DNA from: Octopus vulgaris | Taxonomy: Eukaryota | NCBI GenBank assembly: GCA_951406725.2 | Contig: OX597824.1 | Span: 55,118,001 to 55,182,000, forward strand | DNA length: 64,000 nucleotides | Direction of reading: 5' to 3' | Shown: positions 25,296 to 36,521 of the stretch, piece by piece | Layout: every line of letters begins with the position of its first letter | Numbering within the stretch: position 1 is the first letter of the stretch | Notes under the pieces: model-generated | Database searches by the model: none | What the model saw: the letters and a program-made list of their open reading frames with translations, nothing else | What the model was told of the DNA's origin: nothing | Translations under genes and position numbers: made by a program

Positions 25296-28200
25296 ATGAA
25301 TCCTGCCAAAAGCGAGTTTTCTTTTCAGGTTCATGATGCTACTAGGTCCAATGCCTCCCACTCCCTCAGGATTGGCACCCTCAACGTTGGCACACTGAAA
25401 GGCAGATCTGGCGAGATCGTTGAATTGCTTGAATGGAGGTGTGTGGATATATGCTGTGTTCAAGAGGTGAGGTGGAGAGGAGGTTCTGCTAGGTTCCTCA
25501 CAGGTAAAGGACAGAGGTACAAGATTTTCTGGGCTGGGAATACTGAAGGGGTCGGGGGAGTAGGTATGCTTATTGCCGAAAAATGGGTAGGTAAGGTAAT
25601 CGAGGTATTAGAGTATGTGACAGAATACTGAAGATTAGTTTAGTGCTCCATCATAGTTTAGCAACTATTATATTGGCCTATGCCCCTCAGCCAGGGCTAC
25701 CCGATGGACAGAAAGACTGTTTCTATGACACCCTACTGCAGACCACCTCACTGACGAACGACAGGGACCTTCTCTTTGTGGGTGGTGACTTCAATGGGCA
25801 TGTTGGACGATATGCTGAGGGCTTCTATAGCGTTCATGGAGGCTATGGTTATGGTTCTCGCAATGAGGAGGGAACCAGGCTGCTGGAGTTCTGTGATGCG
25901 AATAGTCTTATGGTTTGCAACACTAACTTCAGGAAACCGACAAGCCACTTGGTCACCTACCGTTCGGGCCAGCATACTAGCCAAATCGACTACATCCTTA
26001 CCAGAAAAAGGGAAATATGGCTGCTTATAAATGCCAAAACCTTCCCAGGCGAAGAGTGTACCCCACAACATAGACTGGTAGTCAGTGACTTTAGAATCAG
26101 GACTAAGAGGACGACTAGAAGATGACCAACATGGAGAAGAAGGGTCTGGAAGCTTAAAGACCCTGCAAATGGACAGAGATTTAGAGACATGTTACTTGAA
26201 GCCTTCGACGAAATAGAAGGGGGTATAGCTACACATGGGGTAGAAGATAACTGGGCGCTTCTAAGGGACAACTTGCTGAAAGCCACAGACTAGATCTGTG
26301 GCTGGTGCAAAGTCCCCACAAGACCCAAAATAACGTGGTGGTGGAACAATACTGTTGACAGGGCTATTAGACAAAAGAAACAGGCTTGGAAGGACTGGAA
26401 GAACGGTGGTAGCAGGGAAGTGTATCAGACTGCAAGAAGAGAGGCTAGGAGGCAGGTGTATTTAGCCAGAGGGGAAGCAGATAAGAAAAAATTTGCCAAT
26501 GTCCTGCGCCGTGAAGATGAAAGACTTGAGGTATTTCGTGTTGCAAGACAGTGTGTGAGAGAGAATTGTGACGTGGTAGGAGAGAAATGTGCTCGCAAGG
26601 ATGACGGCTCACTTGCGCTAAATGAGGATGCAAAGAGAAAGGTTTGGAGACGCCACTATGAAAGGTTGCTGAATGAGGAAAATGAATGGGATAAAGAGAG
26701 TCTGCTGAATGTTGACAGTTCCTTAGTAGATAAGGCAATTAGAAGCATGAAAACAGGGAAAGCCCCAGGCCCATCAGGAATTACTGCAGAGATGCTCAAA
26801 ATATCTGGTAGTGCTGGCTATAGCCTAGTCACCCGTATAGTTAACCAGGTGATACACGAAGGAGTCATTCCCAATGACTGGTGTAGCAGCATAATAGTCA
26901 ACTGCTACAAAGGTAAAGGTGACGCCCTAGATACAAATAACTACAGGGGTATCAAGCTGCTAGATCAGGTAATGAAGGTTACGGAGAGGGTTATAGCCCA
27001 ACAAATTAGAGAGAGAGTTAGCTTAGATCAGATGCAGTTTGGATTCGTGCCAGGGAAAAGTACTACTGATGCTATTTTCCTGGTAAGACAGCTGCAGGAG
27101 AAATACCTAGCCAAAGATAAGCCCCTGTACCTGGCTTTTGTCGATACGGAGAAAGCCTTCGACAGGGTCCCCCGATCCCTTATCTGGTGGTCAATGAGGA
27201 AACTAGGGATAGATGAATGGTTAGTGAGAGCTGTGCAAGCCATGTACAGAGACGCTGCTAGTAAGGTGAGGGTTGGCACCGAGTACAGTGAAGAATTCAG
27301 GGTAGAGGTTGGGGTCCACCAAGGTTCAGTCCTCAGCCCCCTCCTATTTATCATAGTCCTCCAGGCAATAACGGAGGAATTCAAGACTGGATGCCCCTGG
27401 GAGCTCCTCTATGCTGATGACCTTGCTCTAATTGCTGAGTCTCTATCAGAACTGGAGGAGAAGTTTCAGGTGTGGAAGCAAGGTTTAGAATCGAAGGGCC
27501 TTAGAATCAACCTAGCCAAAACCAAAGTCCTAATAAGTAGGAAGGTAGACCAATCACAAACGCCTTCAGGTAGATGGCCTTGCTCGATCTGTAGAAAAGG
27601 CGTAGGTAGAAACTCTATAAGATGCACCAAATGTAAGCTATGGACACATAAGAGATGTAGTAATGTCAAAGGAAGACTAACTAGGAAAATAGTTTTTATC
27701 TGTGGCAGATGCTCAGGAGCAATAAACTCTGAAAATATGCAGAGACCAACTTCTATCACGTTTCAGGGAGAAAAACTAGAAGTAGTTGATAGCTTCCGCT
27801 ACCTAGGTGACCAAGTCAGTAGCGGGGGCGGGTGTGCTGAAAGCCTGGGCAAAGTTTAGAGAGCTCTTACCCCTGCTGGTGACAAAAGGCTTCTCGCTCA
27901 AAGTAAAAGGCAGACTGTATGATGCATGTGTACGTACAGCCATGCTACATGGTAGTGAAACTTGGGCTGTGACTGCTGAGGATTTACGTAAGCTCACAAG
28001 AAATGAAGCTAGTATGCTCCGTTGGATGTGTAATGTCAGTGTTCATAGTCGACAGAGTGTAAGTACCTTGAGAGAAAAGTTGGACCTAAGAGGCATCAGA
28101 TGTTGTGTGCAAGTGAGACGATTGCACTGGTATGGTCATGTGGCGAGAATGGACGAAGATAGGTGTGTGAAAAAGTGCCACACCCTGGCAGTTGAGGGGA

Positions 28201-28343
28201 CCTGTGGAAGAGGTAGACCCAGGAAAACCTGGGTCGAGGTGGTGAAGCACGACCTTCGAACTCTAGGTCTCACCAAGGAAATGACCAGAGACCGAGACCT
28301 ATGGAAGTATGCTGTGCGTGAGAAGACCCGGCAAGACCAGTGA
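25296..28343 (+). pseudogene. RTE ORF: endonuclease, reverse transcriptase and inserted PHD-type finger
   Basis: ORF pieces 25296-25631, 25643-26125, 26420-27859 and 27807-28343 are colinear parts of one polyprotein. Confidence 0.9.
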
Positions 28344-28391
28344 GAACAATCAAAATCAAATCATATATCAGAAAGCAGGGGTTAAGTGACG

Positions 28392-29308
28392 CATCCGTTC
28401 GTGTCCACTGCCAGCCTCGTCTGGCACCCGTGTCGGTGATACGTAAAAGCACCATTCGCTCGTGGCCGTTTGCCAGCTCTGTCTGGCCCCTGTGTCGGTG
28501 GCACGTAAAAGCACCATCCGTTCGTGTTCGTTGCTAGCCTCAGCTGGCCCCCGTGCCGGTGACACGTAAAAGCACCGTCCGTTCATGGCCGTTTGCCAGC
28601 TCAGTCTGACCCCGTGTCGGTGGCACATAAAAGCACCATCCGCTCATGTTTGTTGCCAGCCTCGGCTGGCCCCCGTGCCAGTGACACGTAAAAGCACCGT
28701 CCGTTCATGGCCATTTGCCAGCTCTGTCTGGCCCTGTGTCGGTGGCACGTAAAAGCACCATCCGTTCGTGTCCGTTGCCAGCCGCGGCTGGCCCCCGTGC
28801 CGGTGACATGTAAAAGCACCGTCCATTCGTGGCCGTTTGCCAGCTCTGTCTGGCCCCGTGTCGGTGGCATGTAAAAGCACCATCCGTTCGTGTTCGTTGC
28901 CAGCCTCGGCTGGCACCCGTGCCGGTGACACGTAAAAACACCGTCCGTTCGTGGCCGTTGCCAGCATCGCCTGGCCCCGTGCCGGTGACATGTAAAAACA
29001 CCGTCCGTTCGTGGCCGTTGGCCAGCTCTGTCTGGCCCCGTGTCGGTGGCACGTAAAAGCACTATCCGTTCGTGTCCGTTGCCAGCCTCGGCTGGCCCCC
29101 GTGCCGGTGACACGTAAAAACACCGTCCGTTCGTGGCCGTTTGCCAGCTCTGTCTGGCCCCGTGTCGGTGGCACGTAAAAGCACCATCCGTTCGTGTCCG
29201 TTGCCAGCATCGCCTGGCCCCGTGCCGGTGACACGTAAAAGCACCATCCGTTCGTGGCCGTTGTGCCAGCTCTGTCTGGCACCTGTGCAGGTGGCACGTA
29301 AAAACACC
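28392..29308 (+). repeat. Tandem array of 15 units of ~61 bp in the RTE 3' UTR
   Basis: The motif TAAAA(G/A)CAC recurs every 60-63 bp, 15 times between 28444 and 29299, with alternating unit variants. Confidence 0.95.
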
Positions 29309-29454
29309 CACTACACTCGTGGAGTGGTTGGCGTTAGGAAGGGCATCCAACCGTAGAAACACTGCCAAATCTGACTGGGCCTGATGAAGCCTTCCGGCTT
29401 CACAGACCCCAGTTAAACCGTCCAACCCATGCTAGCATGGAAAACGGACGCTAA

Positions 29455-29498
<44 letters not shown>

Positions 29499-29679
29499 AA
29501 CAATAATAATAGTAATAATAATAGAAATATAAATAAAATTAAAAAATAAACAAATAAATAAAAATATATAAAAAATATAAATAAAAAAATAAAAATGTAT
29601 ATAGTTATTTACTTCCATTTGATTATTTATCTATTTTATTTCATTATGTTTTCAGTTTTGTTTATATTGTAACTAGTTT

Positions 29680-31050
29680 ATGGGGATCCTCTTCTGTCAT
29701 ATGTTGTGGTGTGTGCTAGTGTTCCATTTCTAAACATCAAAAGAGTCTGGACACTGACTGTTTGATAAAACATGCTTTCATTCCTGCATGAAAGGAAATG
29801 ATGACTTAACATTTTATGAGGCATACCAATTCTTTCTAGAACTATATAGAGAGCATTTCTATTAACAGTATTAATCACTTTGGTTAGATCTATAAAAAAC
29901 ATATACAGTCCCTAATTTTTCTCAACAACTTTCTCAGCAACTTGATAAAATGAAATCATATCAGTGTTGCTGGATAAATGGATAAATGTCATCGATATTG
30001 TGCTCAATTATAGTGTTAAGAAATATTATTGCTAAGAGTTTTCCTATAATACACAGGAGAGAGATGCAGACTACTTTTCTTCCCTTGTTGTTGAAGAGAT
30101 GCATTATGGGTGCATCCTTGTTTTTCTGTGATGCATGTCCAAAACTCCAGATGACTTCAAAAAAGCTCAAAAAACTTTTTTGCTACTATATTTGAAGAGT
30201 CCATGTGGAATGCCATATTTACATGATGCTTTGTTTGATGACATTTGTGTTATGGCATCTTGAATTTCCACTAAACATGATTCAAGAGACATCTCCAAGA
30301 TTTCTGGTCTTTGAGAAATGGAATCAGCCACACTATCATTCATGACAGAATTGTAATTCCTAACAGCTTTCTATTGGGAAGAAAATTAACCTTTTCAGTC
30401 AGAAGACTCTAACCCTCAGAAGGCAGAACAGAAGCCAAACCATTTTCTAAGGGAATAAATACCTTTTTGAGACCTACATAGAAAGCTTTGGAGCTTATTC
30501 ATTGCTTCAAAACACCTTCATTCTTCTGAGAGCAGTTTGCACCTGTTTCTGCATACCTTGTATGCTCACTTGTTGATGTTGGATTGTTTATCATTGATCT
30601 AATCATTGAGTGAATCATGCATATTTTTGATAAGGTACTAAACATCTTGATAAGGTGCTGTTATTAAACCAATCTTGATGTTTCCTGATATCATCAGTTA
30701 TTTGTACTGAATCAAGAGAGGTTTCAAGTTGATCAGATAACTCTTTATTAATATGGCTGGATTTCAATGGCAAAACACTGATGCTAAAGATCAATGTCTG
30801 AAAGATAGCAAGTGATGTTAAAGTCCTTCTGTGATTATGTAAACAATCAAATGTCAAACCTTTGATCTCAGATGCATCCAAATTGCTTTGTTGCTCTTTG
30901 AGTTGAAAATATTGGTGATTGCTAGGCCAAATTTTCTGCAAAGTGAAAGAAGATATAGACCATTTGAGTTCATTCACTCCATGTGGACTGAGAATATTAG
31001 AATGTTTGGTGGTCAGCACCTACTTCAGCATTGAAGTATCAACAATGTAC
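29680..31050 (-). mobile_element. Old RTE/BovB-like LINE remnant (different family)
   Basis: Fragments FFIDLTKVINTVNRNAL, ISLLCIIGKLLAIIF and RKHQDWF. Confidence 0.65.
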
Positions 31051-31420
31051 TATCCATTATATATTGAATATGGTTACTAATTTTTCTTAAAATATTAATT
31101 AAACATCCTGCCTCCCATTATTTCTCCCATTCAGTTGCCAATAAGTTAAATCATTTGACCTATATTAGATGTTGATAAAGCTTACAATACATTCACTTTT
31201 TTATATTTTATTATGGTTAGACTGAGTTTAAATATGATGGGAATTCTTACCATGTCATATCTCATTAGCACCTCAGTATTTCTATCTTCCCCTCCACTGT
31301 ATTTTTCCCTTTGCCCAGTATGGACTTTGTTCAGTTATCAATAGTTCTCTCTTCTATAACCTTTTCAGAGTGTGGGTATGCCTTGAGAACGATATGCTGG
31401 AGTTTATGTTTTAGATCCAA

Positions 31421-32250
31421 GAGGTGGTATCAAAAAATGTCTGGACTAGTTCTGTAGCACACCAACAGATGGCAGCACACAGTTGCATGCATAGTGAGAG
31501 CTAGTAGTGAACTTCATGAGACTGTGTGCTGAGTGACATTGCTGTGTTTACTTCACAAGTTGTGAAATTTATGCTTTTGTAATCATGTGTATGCTGTAGT
31601 CTGTGATTTTGTCATGGACAAGAAGTTGGAACAAAGAGCCAACATGAAATTTTGCATTAAACTTAGGAAGTCTGCTACAGAGACATTGAGCATGCTTTGG
31701 CAAGCTTACAGTGATGAGGCAATGACTTGACACAGTGTTTCGAGTGGCATGAGTGCTTCTAAAAGTGGAAGAATATCCCTGGAAGACAATGCATGATCTG
31801 GAAGGCCTGCCATGAGCATCACTCTTGGAAATGTGGTATTGTGCATTGGGAATTTGTCCCCCAATACCAGACTATCAACCAAAAATGCTACTGCAATGTT
31901 TTGAAGCATCTGAGGGAGGACATGGATTCTTCATGACGACAATGCATCCTATTGTCAAGCTCTCCTCACTCACAAGTTTCTTGCCAAAAACAACATGGTA
32001 TCATTTCCACACCCAGCCTATTCACTAGATTTAGCACCTCTCCCCCAAGATGAAAATGCAGTTCAAATGTTGCTGTTTTAACATCATTGTTGAGATCCAG
32101 AGCAAATCACAGAAGATCTTTAACTTGCTTATAGAAAATGACTTGTAGCTGGATTCCAAATGGCAGGAATGCTGGGACTGGTGTATTGCTGTACAAGGTG
32201 ACTATTTTGAAGGAGATTATATTGAAAGTTAAGTAGATAAGTTAGTTTTT
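31421..32250 (+). mobile_element. Mariner transposon, internally deleted
   Basis: EQRANMKFCIKLRKSATET (HTH), SGRP, HDDNA, HPAYSLDLAP (YSPDLAP motif) and WDWCIAVQGDYFEG. Confidence 0.85.
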
Positions 32251-32956
32251 ATGAAAGTGTTGTGGCAAGAGTCATTGACACCCTTGTGGTACTGGAAGAA
32301 TGGACTACCTGAACTCTTATCAAAAGTAGCATATTGCTTCAGATGAGAGAAGTCGTAGGAGTTGTTGAGATTATTGAGAGTTTTTATTTATTGGAGTATC
32401 ATGTTTAGTGGAGTAATTCGAAGTACATCATGTGAAGACAGTTGTGTCTATCCCTGCTTTGTGAATTCTATATATCCCATGTATAGAAGGATATAAAAGA
32501 AACAAAAAGTAAAGATTATTTGCCGGCATAATGTGGCAGTCCTGGTTGGGATGAATGTTACTGTTGTTTTAGCCCCAGGAAACATCATCTCCAACTGGCT
32601 ATATGACACATTATCTATTTTAGAATAGGGGAGTTTAGCGCCCCCACTCAGCCCAAAGCAATATCTGTGGCCAGCAGTTTCTGGGTTATTTCTCTTCCTC
32701 AGCACAGAATAACTGCCTGGCTGAGATCGCGCTGCCATCTCAGTTTCTGAGTTTGAAAGAAATAAGAAGGGGAAAAAGATGATGACAATGATGATGATGA
32801 TGATGAAGAAGAAGAAGGTAAAGCAAAAATAAAGTATGTGGTATGCCGTTATGATAAAATAATAAAACTAGCAACAACAGCAACAAAACAAATAGCAATG
32901 ATAATAACATTGGTTTAAAATTTTAGCGGAAGGACAAATATCAAGTATACTAATAC

Positions 32957-33066
32957 TGATGCTGCTGCTGCCGCTGCTGCTGCCACTGCTGCTGCTGCTG
33001 CTGCTGCCGCCGCCGCTGCTGCTGCCGCTGCTGCTGCTACCGCTACTGCTGCTGCCGCTGCTGCTG
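32957..33066. repeat. Imperfect (GCT/CAG)n trinucleotide microsatellite
   Basis: Direct reading of the sequence. Confidence 0.95.
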
Positions 33067-33129
33067 AAGTATTTTGTCTTCTTGGAGGTGGGGGGAAACA
33101 GTCATGGAAAATGTCCATGTCCCTTCACC

Positions 33130-34230
33130 ATGAGGTGAGGAGAGAGTCTAGGGTGGGGACATCCATGCGTTCTGTACATTGGCTGGTCTGATGCTTCTGT
33201 CATTTCACAGAACAATAGATTCCTGAATGTCAATCCATTCCCCACACAGCCAAGCATCTACCAAATCAGTGCATTGGTACACTGTTTCCCTCTTTCAAAG
33301 TTTTACTTGTGAAGTTTGGGCAGCACGTTTTTCCTGTGCATCCTCACAGTCCCACAGGCTCCCCACCTAAAGCTGCAGGAAGAGGTCTGGATTGGAAAAC
33401 CAGTTGTCCATATAAATATTGTAGCCTTTGTCAAACAAGTTTTCATTCTGTTGATCCAATCTGTCCTGACCATAGATTTTGTAATTTCACGTGTACCCAC
33501 AGGCTCTGCCTGTTGACTGGCATACTTTATAAAACCTTAGCTCCAAAGCAGGCACACTTGATTGGGTTGTATTGTTTGAATAGGAGCCTTCCCTTGAATT
33601 TCCACAAACTCTCATCCATACAAATTTCCTGTGTGAGGACATAAACCATTCTGAAATTTTCAACCACTTCATCAATGATAGGACGTATTTTGTGCAGCCT
33701 GTCATCCTTGTTCTTGCCTGAGTTGAAATGTAGATTTTGAAGAAGCACCAAAAATCAGTCACATGGCATCGTTTCCAGGAAGAAAGGTGTCGATGTGGCT
33801 GGATCCTGATTCCTAGGATTGGTTTTTTCAAGATGCCCATCAGTATCAGCAGGGCAAGTAGAACTTTGATTTTGTCCCCAGTGGTTGGAAACCAATCCCT
33901 GTTATACCTAGGTATGACATGCTGGCGATGGTTTTCAACGTAGTCATTTGTTTTGTCTGCTATATATTGGAACATTTCATTTGTCAAAAACTTGTGGAAG
34001 ATTTCCAATGGTGTACTTCCATGTTCAAGGTTTGCCTTTACATGCATACCAGTAAACCCATGCTGTTGGACAAAATTGTCTCTCACTTGCCACACAACAT
34101 TCTGTTGTCCAGAGCCATTCACTGCTGCCTGCCTGTACCTTTGATTCACCAGAATATCATCATCGCTTCTGAACTAGGAAAATGCTCATTCTCTGAGCCA
34201 TCTTCTGAACCAGAAGAAACAACTGGTGAA
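33130..34230 (-). mobile_element. piggyBac transposase remnant (PGBD4-like)
   Basis: ALLILMGILKKP, DDRLHKIRPI, DESLWKFKGRLLFKQYNPIK, YMDNWFSS and ACGTVRMHRK. Frameshifted. TTAA termini not located. Confidence 0.85.
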
Positions 34231-34477
34231 GTGATAGAGCTTGGTGTAGCTTGGTGTGATGACTGTAAATTCAATGAAAAGTTGATTGAGCTGGAGTGGT
34301 AGGACACAATGATCGTAAATTTGACAAAACAGGACATGATAACAAAGTAGACAGAGCTGGAGTGGTAGGACCAGACTATCAGGTTCTAAATATTTACATG
34401 AAATATCTAATTGGTCTATCAGTTGGCAGGTGAACCAGTACTAACTCAGGTGACAGGTTCTAAGTCAGGTGGCATAT

Positions 34478-34572
34478 AATTACATCAACCCAGTATGTAA
34501 CTGGTACTTATTTCATTGACCTCAAAAGGATGACAGGTAAAGTCAATCTTGGTGGACTTTGAACTCAGAACA
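34478..34572. mobile_element. SINE fragment
   Basis: CTGGTACTTATTTCATTGACCTCAAAAGGATGACAGGTAAAGTCAA...TTTGAACTCAG resembles cephalopod SINE cores (recognised from memory). Confidence 0.5.
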
Positions 34573-34646
34573 TTACAAAGGAAGAAATCCCACTAAGCAA
34601 TTTGTTCAGAGTGGTGGTGGTGGTGATGATGATGATGATGATGATG

Positions 34647-35355
34647 ATCATCATCATCATCGTTTAAAGTCCGTTTTCCGCGCTAGCACGGGTTGGACGG
34701 TTCGACCGGGGTCTGGGAAGCCAGGGGCCGCTCCAGGCTCCAGTCTGATCTGGCAGAGTTTCTACGGCTGGATGCCCTTCCTAACGCCAACCACTCCGTG
34801 AGTGGAGTGGGTGCTTTTTACGTTCCACCTGCACAGGGGCCGGGGGGGTCCGGCATCGGTCACGATCGGTTCGAGCTTTTAACGTGCCAGCGGCACGGGA
34901 GCCAGCCAAGGCGGCGCTGGCAACGTTCGGATGGTCTTACCGGCACGGAGGCCAGTCGGGGCAGTGCTGGCATCGGCCACGTTCGGATAGTACTTTTTAT
35001 GTGCCACCGGCACAGGCATCATAACTCCTATTTCCATTGATATTTATTTCGACGTTCATGTTCATGTACTTGACTCAACAGGTCTCCTCAGGCACAGCAG
35101 GACGATCTGGGATCCGGGGTACTTTGAATGGGCAGGGGCTATGTGGAACTGATGCAGGAAGCAGCCCGGGTCTTTGCAGTCACAGCATATCTCCAGAGAT
35201 CTCGGTCCTTCGCCATTGCCTCAGTGAGGCCCAATGCTCTGAGGTCACGCTTGACTACCTCATCCCATGTCTTCCTGGGTCTACCTCTCCCCCTGATACC
35301 TTCAACTGTTTGGGAGTGGCACTTCTTCACACATCTCTCTTCATCCATCTGCAGC
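34647..35355 (-). mobile_element. RTE 3' portion (second subfamily)
   Basis: CVKKCHSQTVEGIRGRGRPRKTWDEVVK plus the 3' UTR and tail. Confidence 0.9.
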
Positions 35356-36409
35356 ACAAAATTAAAATATAATTAGGAGCTTTCTTAAGGAAAGAGAAAT
35401 GAATAGAAGCTGCTTTAAGACCTATGATGGGGGTGTAGTGATGTGGATGAGTGGGTGGTGGTTGAGTCACATGCAATAAAACTCAAGGCATACATCAAAG
35501 CAATGGCTAGTGACTTTCGACCTCCACATGGGATGAAAGTTAGAAGGGATACAGAGTTTGTAGGAACAAGTGGGCCAAACTGAATGAATAAATAAGTGAA
35601 TGGATGAATTTAAAATAGTTTAAAAAGGCTAATGTTAAAATCCGATTGAACTTGAAGTTAAAAATATGATTTGAATTAAAATTAGATAGAAGAAAATAAA
35701 GATTAAACTCAAAATTAGAATGAAAAATTATTAAGCTGACAAATAGCTAAATTGTGAGCTAGTTGGTAACTTAGTTACAGCTGCTGTTTTTGAAAGGTTA
35801 GAGTAGTTTAATATCAATGATTGGAGGGTTAAAAGGAGATGATTCACCATGCCATATTGTAATGAAGTTGAAAGTGTTCTCTGTAAGTTCTAGTACCTCA
35901 ACAGCTGTCTCCAGAAAATGGAAGAAAGAGAATTAAAGTCCAAACTCGGAATCCATAAACAGGAAGCTGGTAAGTAGTCCAATTACAAGTGAGTAGAGTC
36001 AGGCAAGCTGGTAGATATTAACTAGCTAATTCCCTGTGAAGAGCTTAGGGTGTTAGAGGGTGAAGGAACAAAAATATAGGGCAAAAGTACAAAAATACAA
36101 AGGAATAAATTGAAGTGAGGGAGTGCATGAAAGGGCTCCATCAAAGAGGTGGAAAATTCATCAATAAGTATTGTGAATGATAATTTACAACAAAAGATAT
36201 AAGTTATGTGGGTTTACATGCAGTCATATGCCTCACAGTTGAGGTTGTGGAAGATCAAAGAAACTAGAGAAAGATTTGAGAGCTATAGAGGATAGAGGGT
36301 CTCTCCTACATGCTAACTACCTGATAAAATCATATATAGATTTTATCCTTAATTTTAATATATATATATATATATCAAATAAAATCAAAAACAAAACACA
36401 AAGGATGTC

Positions 36410-36500
36410 GCGGTACACATGTTTCAAGCTTTATAAACGACCTATTCTTACATCAGTGTATAATAGATATAAAGGATGGTTTAAAGCTCTCTTCAGCCGC
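36410..36500 (-). ncRNA. Minimal type I hammerhead ribozyme, catalytic core intact
   Basis: Minus strand: GCGG-CTGAAGA-GAGCTTT...AAAGCTT-GAAAC-ATGT-GTA-CCGC. All three stems and both core strands are present. Confidence 0.7.
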
Positions 36501-36521
36501 ATGCAATTGTTATTCCAATCT

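Larger units (their letters stand above)
25277..29497 (+). mobile_element. Near full-length RTE-clade LINE (APE-RT ORF with a few disabling mutations, 3' tandem array, (TGA)n tail)
   Basis: APE: LRIGTLNVGTL, CVQEVRW, GGDFNGHVG, SQIDYIL, QHRLVV. RT: KAPGPSG, NYRGIKLL, QFGF, HQGSVLSP, LYADDL, FRYLG. C-terminal GRGRPRKTW. Frameshifts at ~25610 and ~27840, stops at 26123 and 26291. Confidence 0.95.

Noticed and set aside
28392-29308. CRISPR-like repeat-spacer array next to a reverse transcriptase
   Set aside because: The segments between the constant motifs are near-copies of each other rather than unique spacers. There are no cas genes and the context is a eukaryotic LINE 3' UTR.
29381-29402. 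CTGATGA followed by a hairpin (possible hammerhead)
   Set aside because: There is no GAAA, stem III or stem I. It is the TGAAGCC/GGCTTCA stem-loop of the RTE tail.
28601-29425. Long minus-strand ORFs (274 aa and 217 aa) and similar ORFs at 2961-3642
   Set aside because: They are translations of the GC-rich tandem array and show no protein-like features.
32915-33118. Poly-alanine protein ORF
   Set aside because: It is a translation of a GCT microsatellite with no splice or homology support.
35400-36290. Possible very old minus-strand LINE RT remnant
   Set aside because: Only faint motif traces (PSNFHP, ISFNP) are visible, too weak to call without an HMM search.
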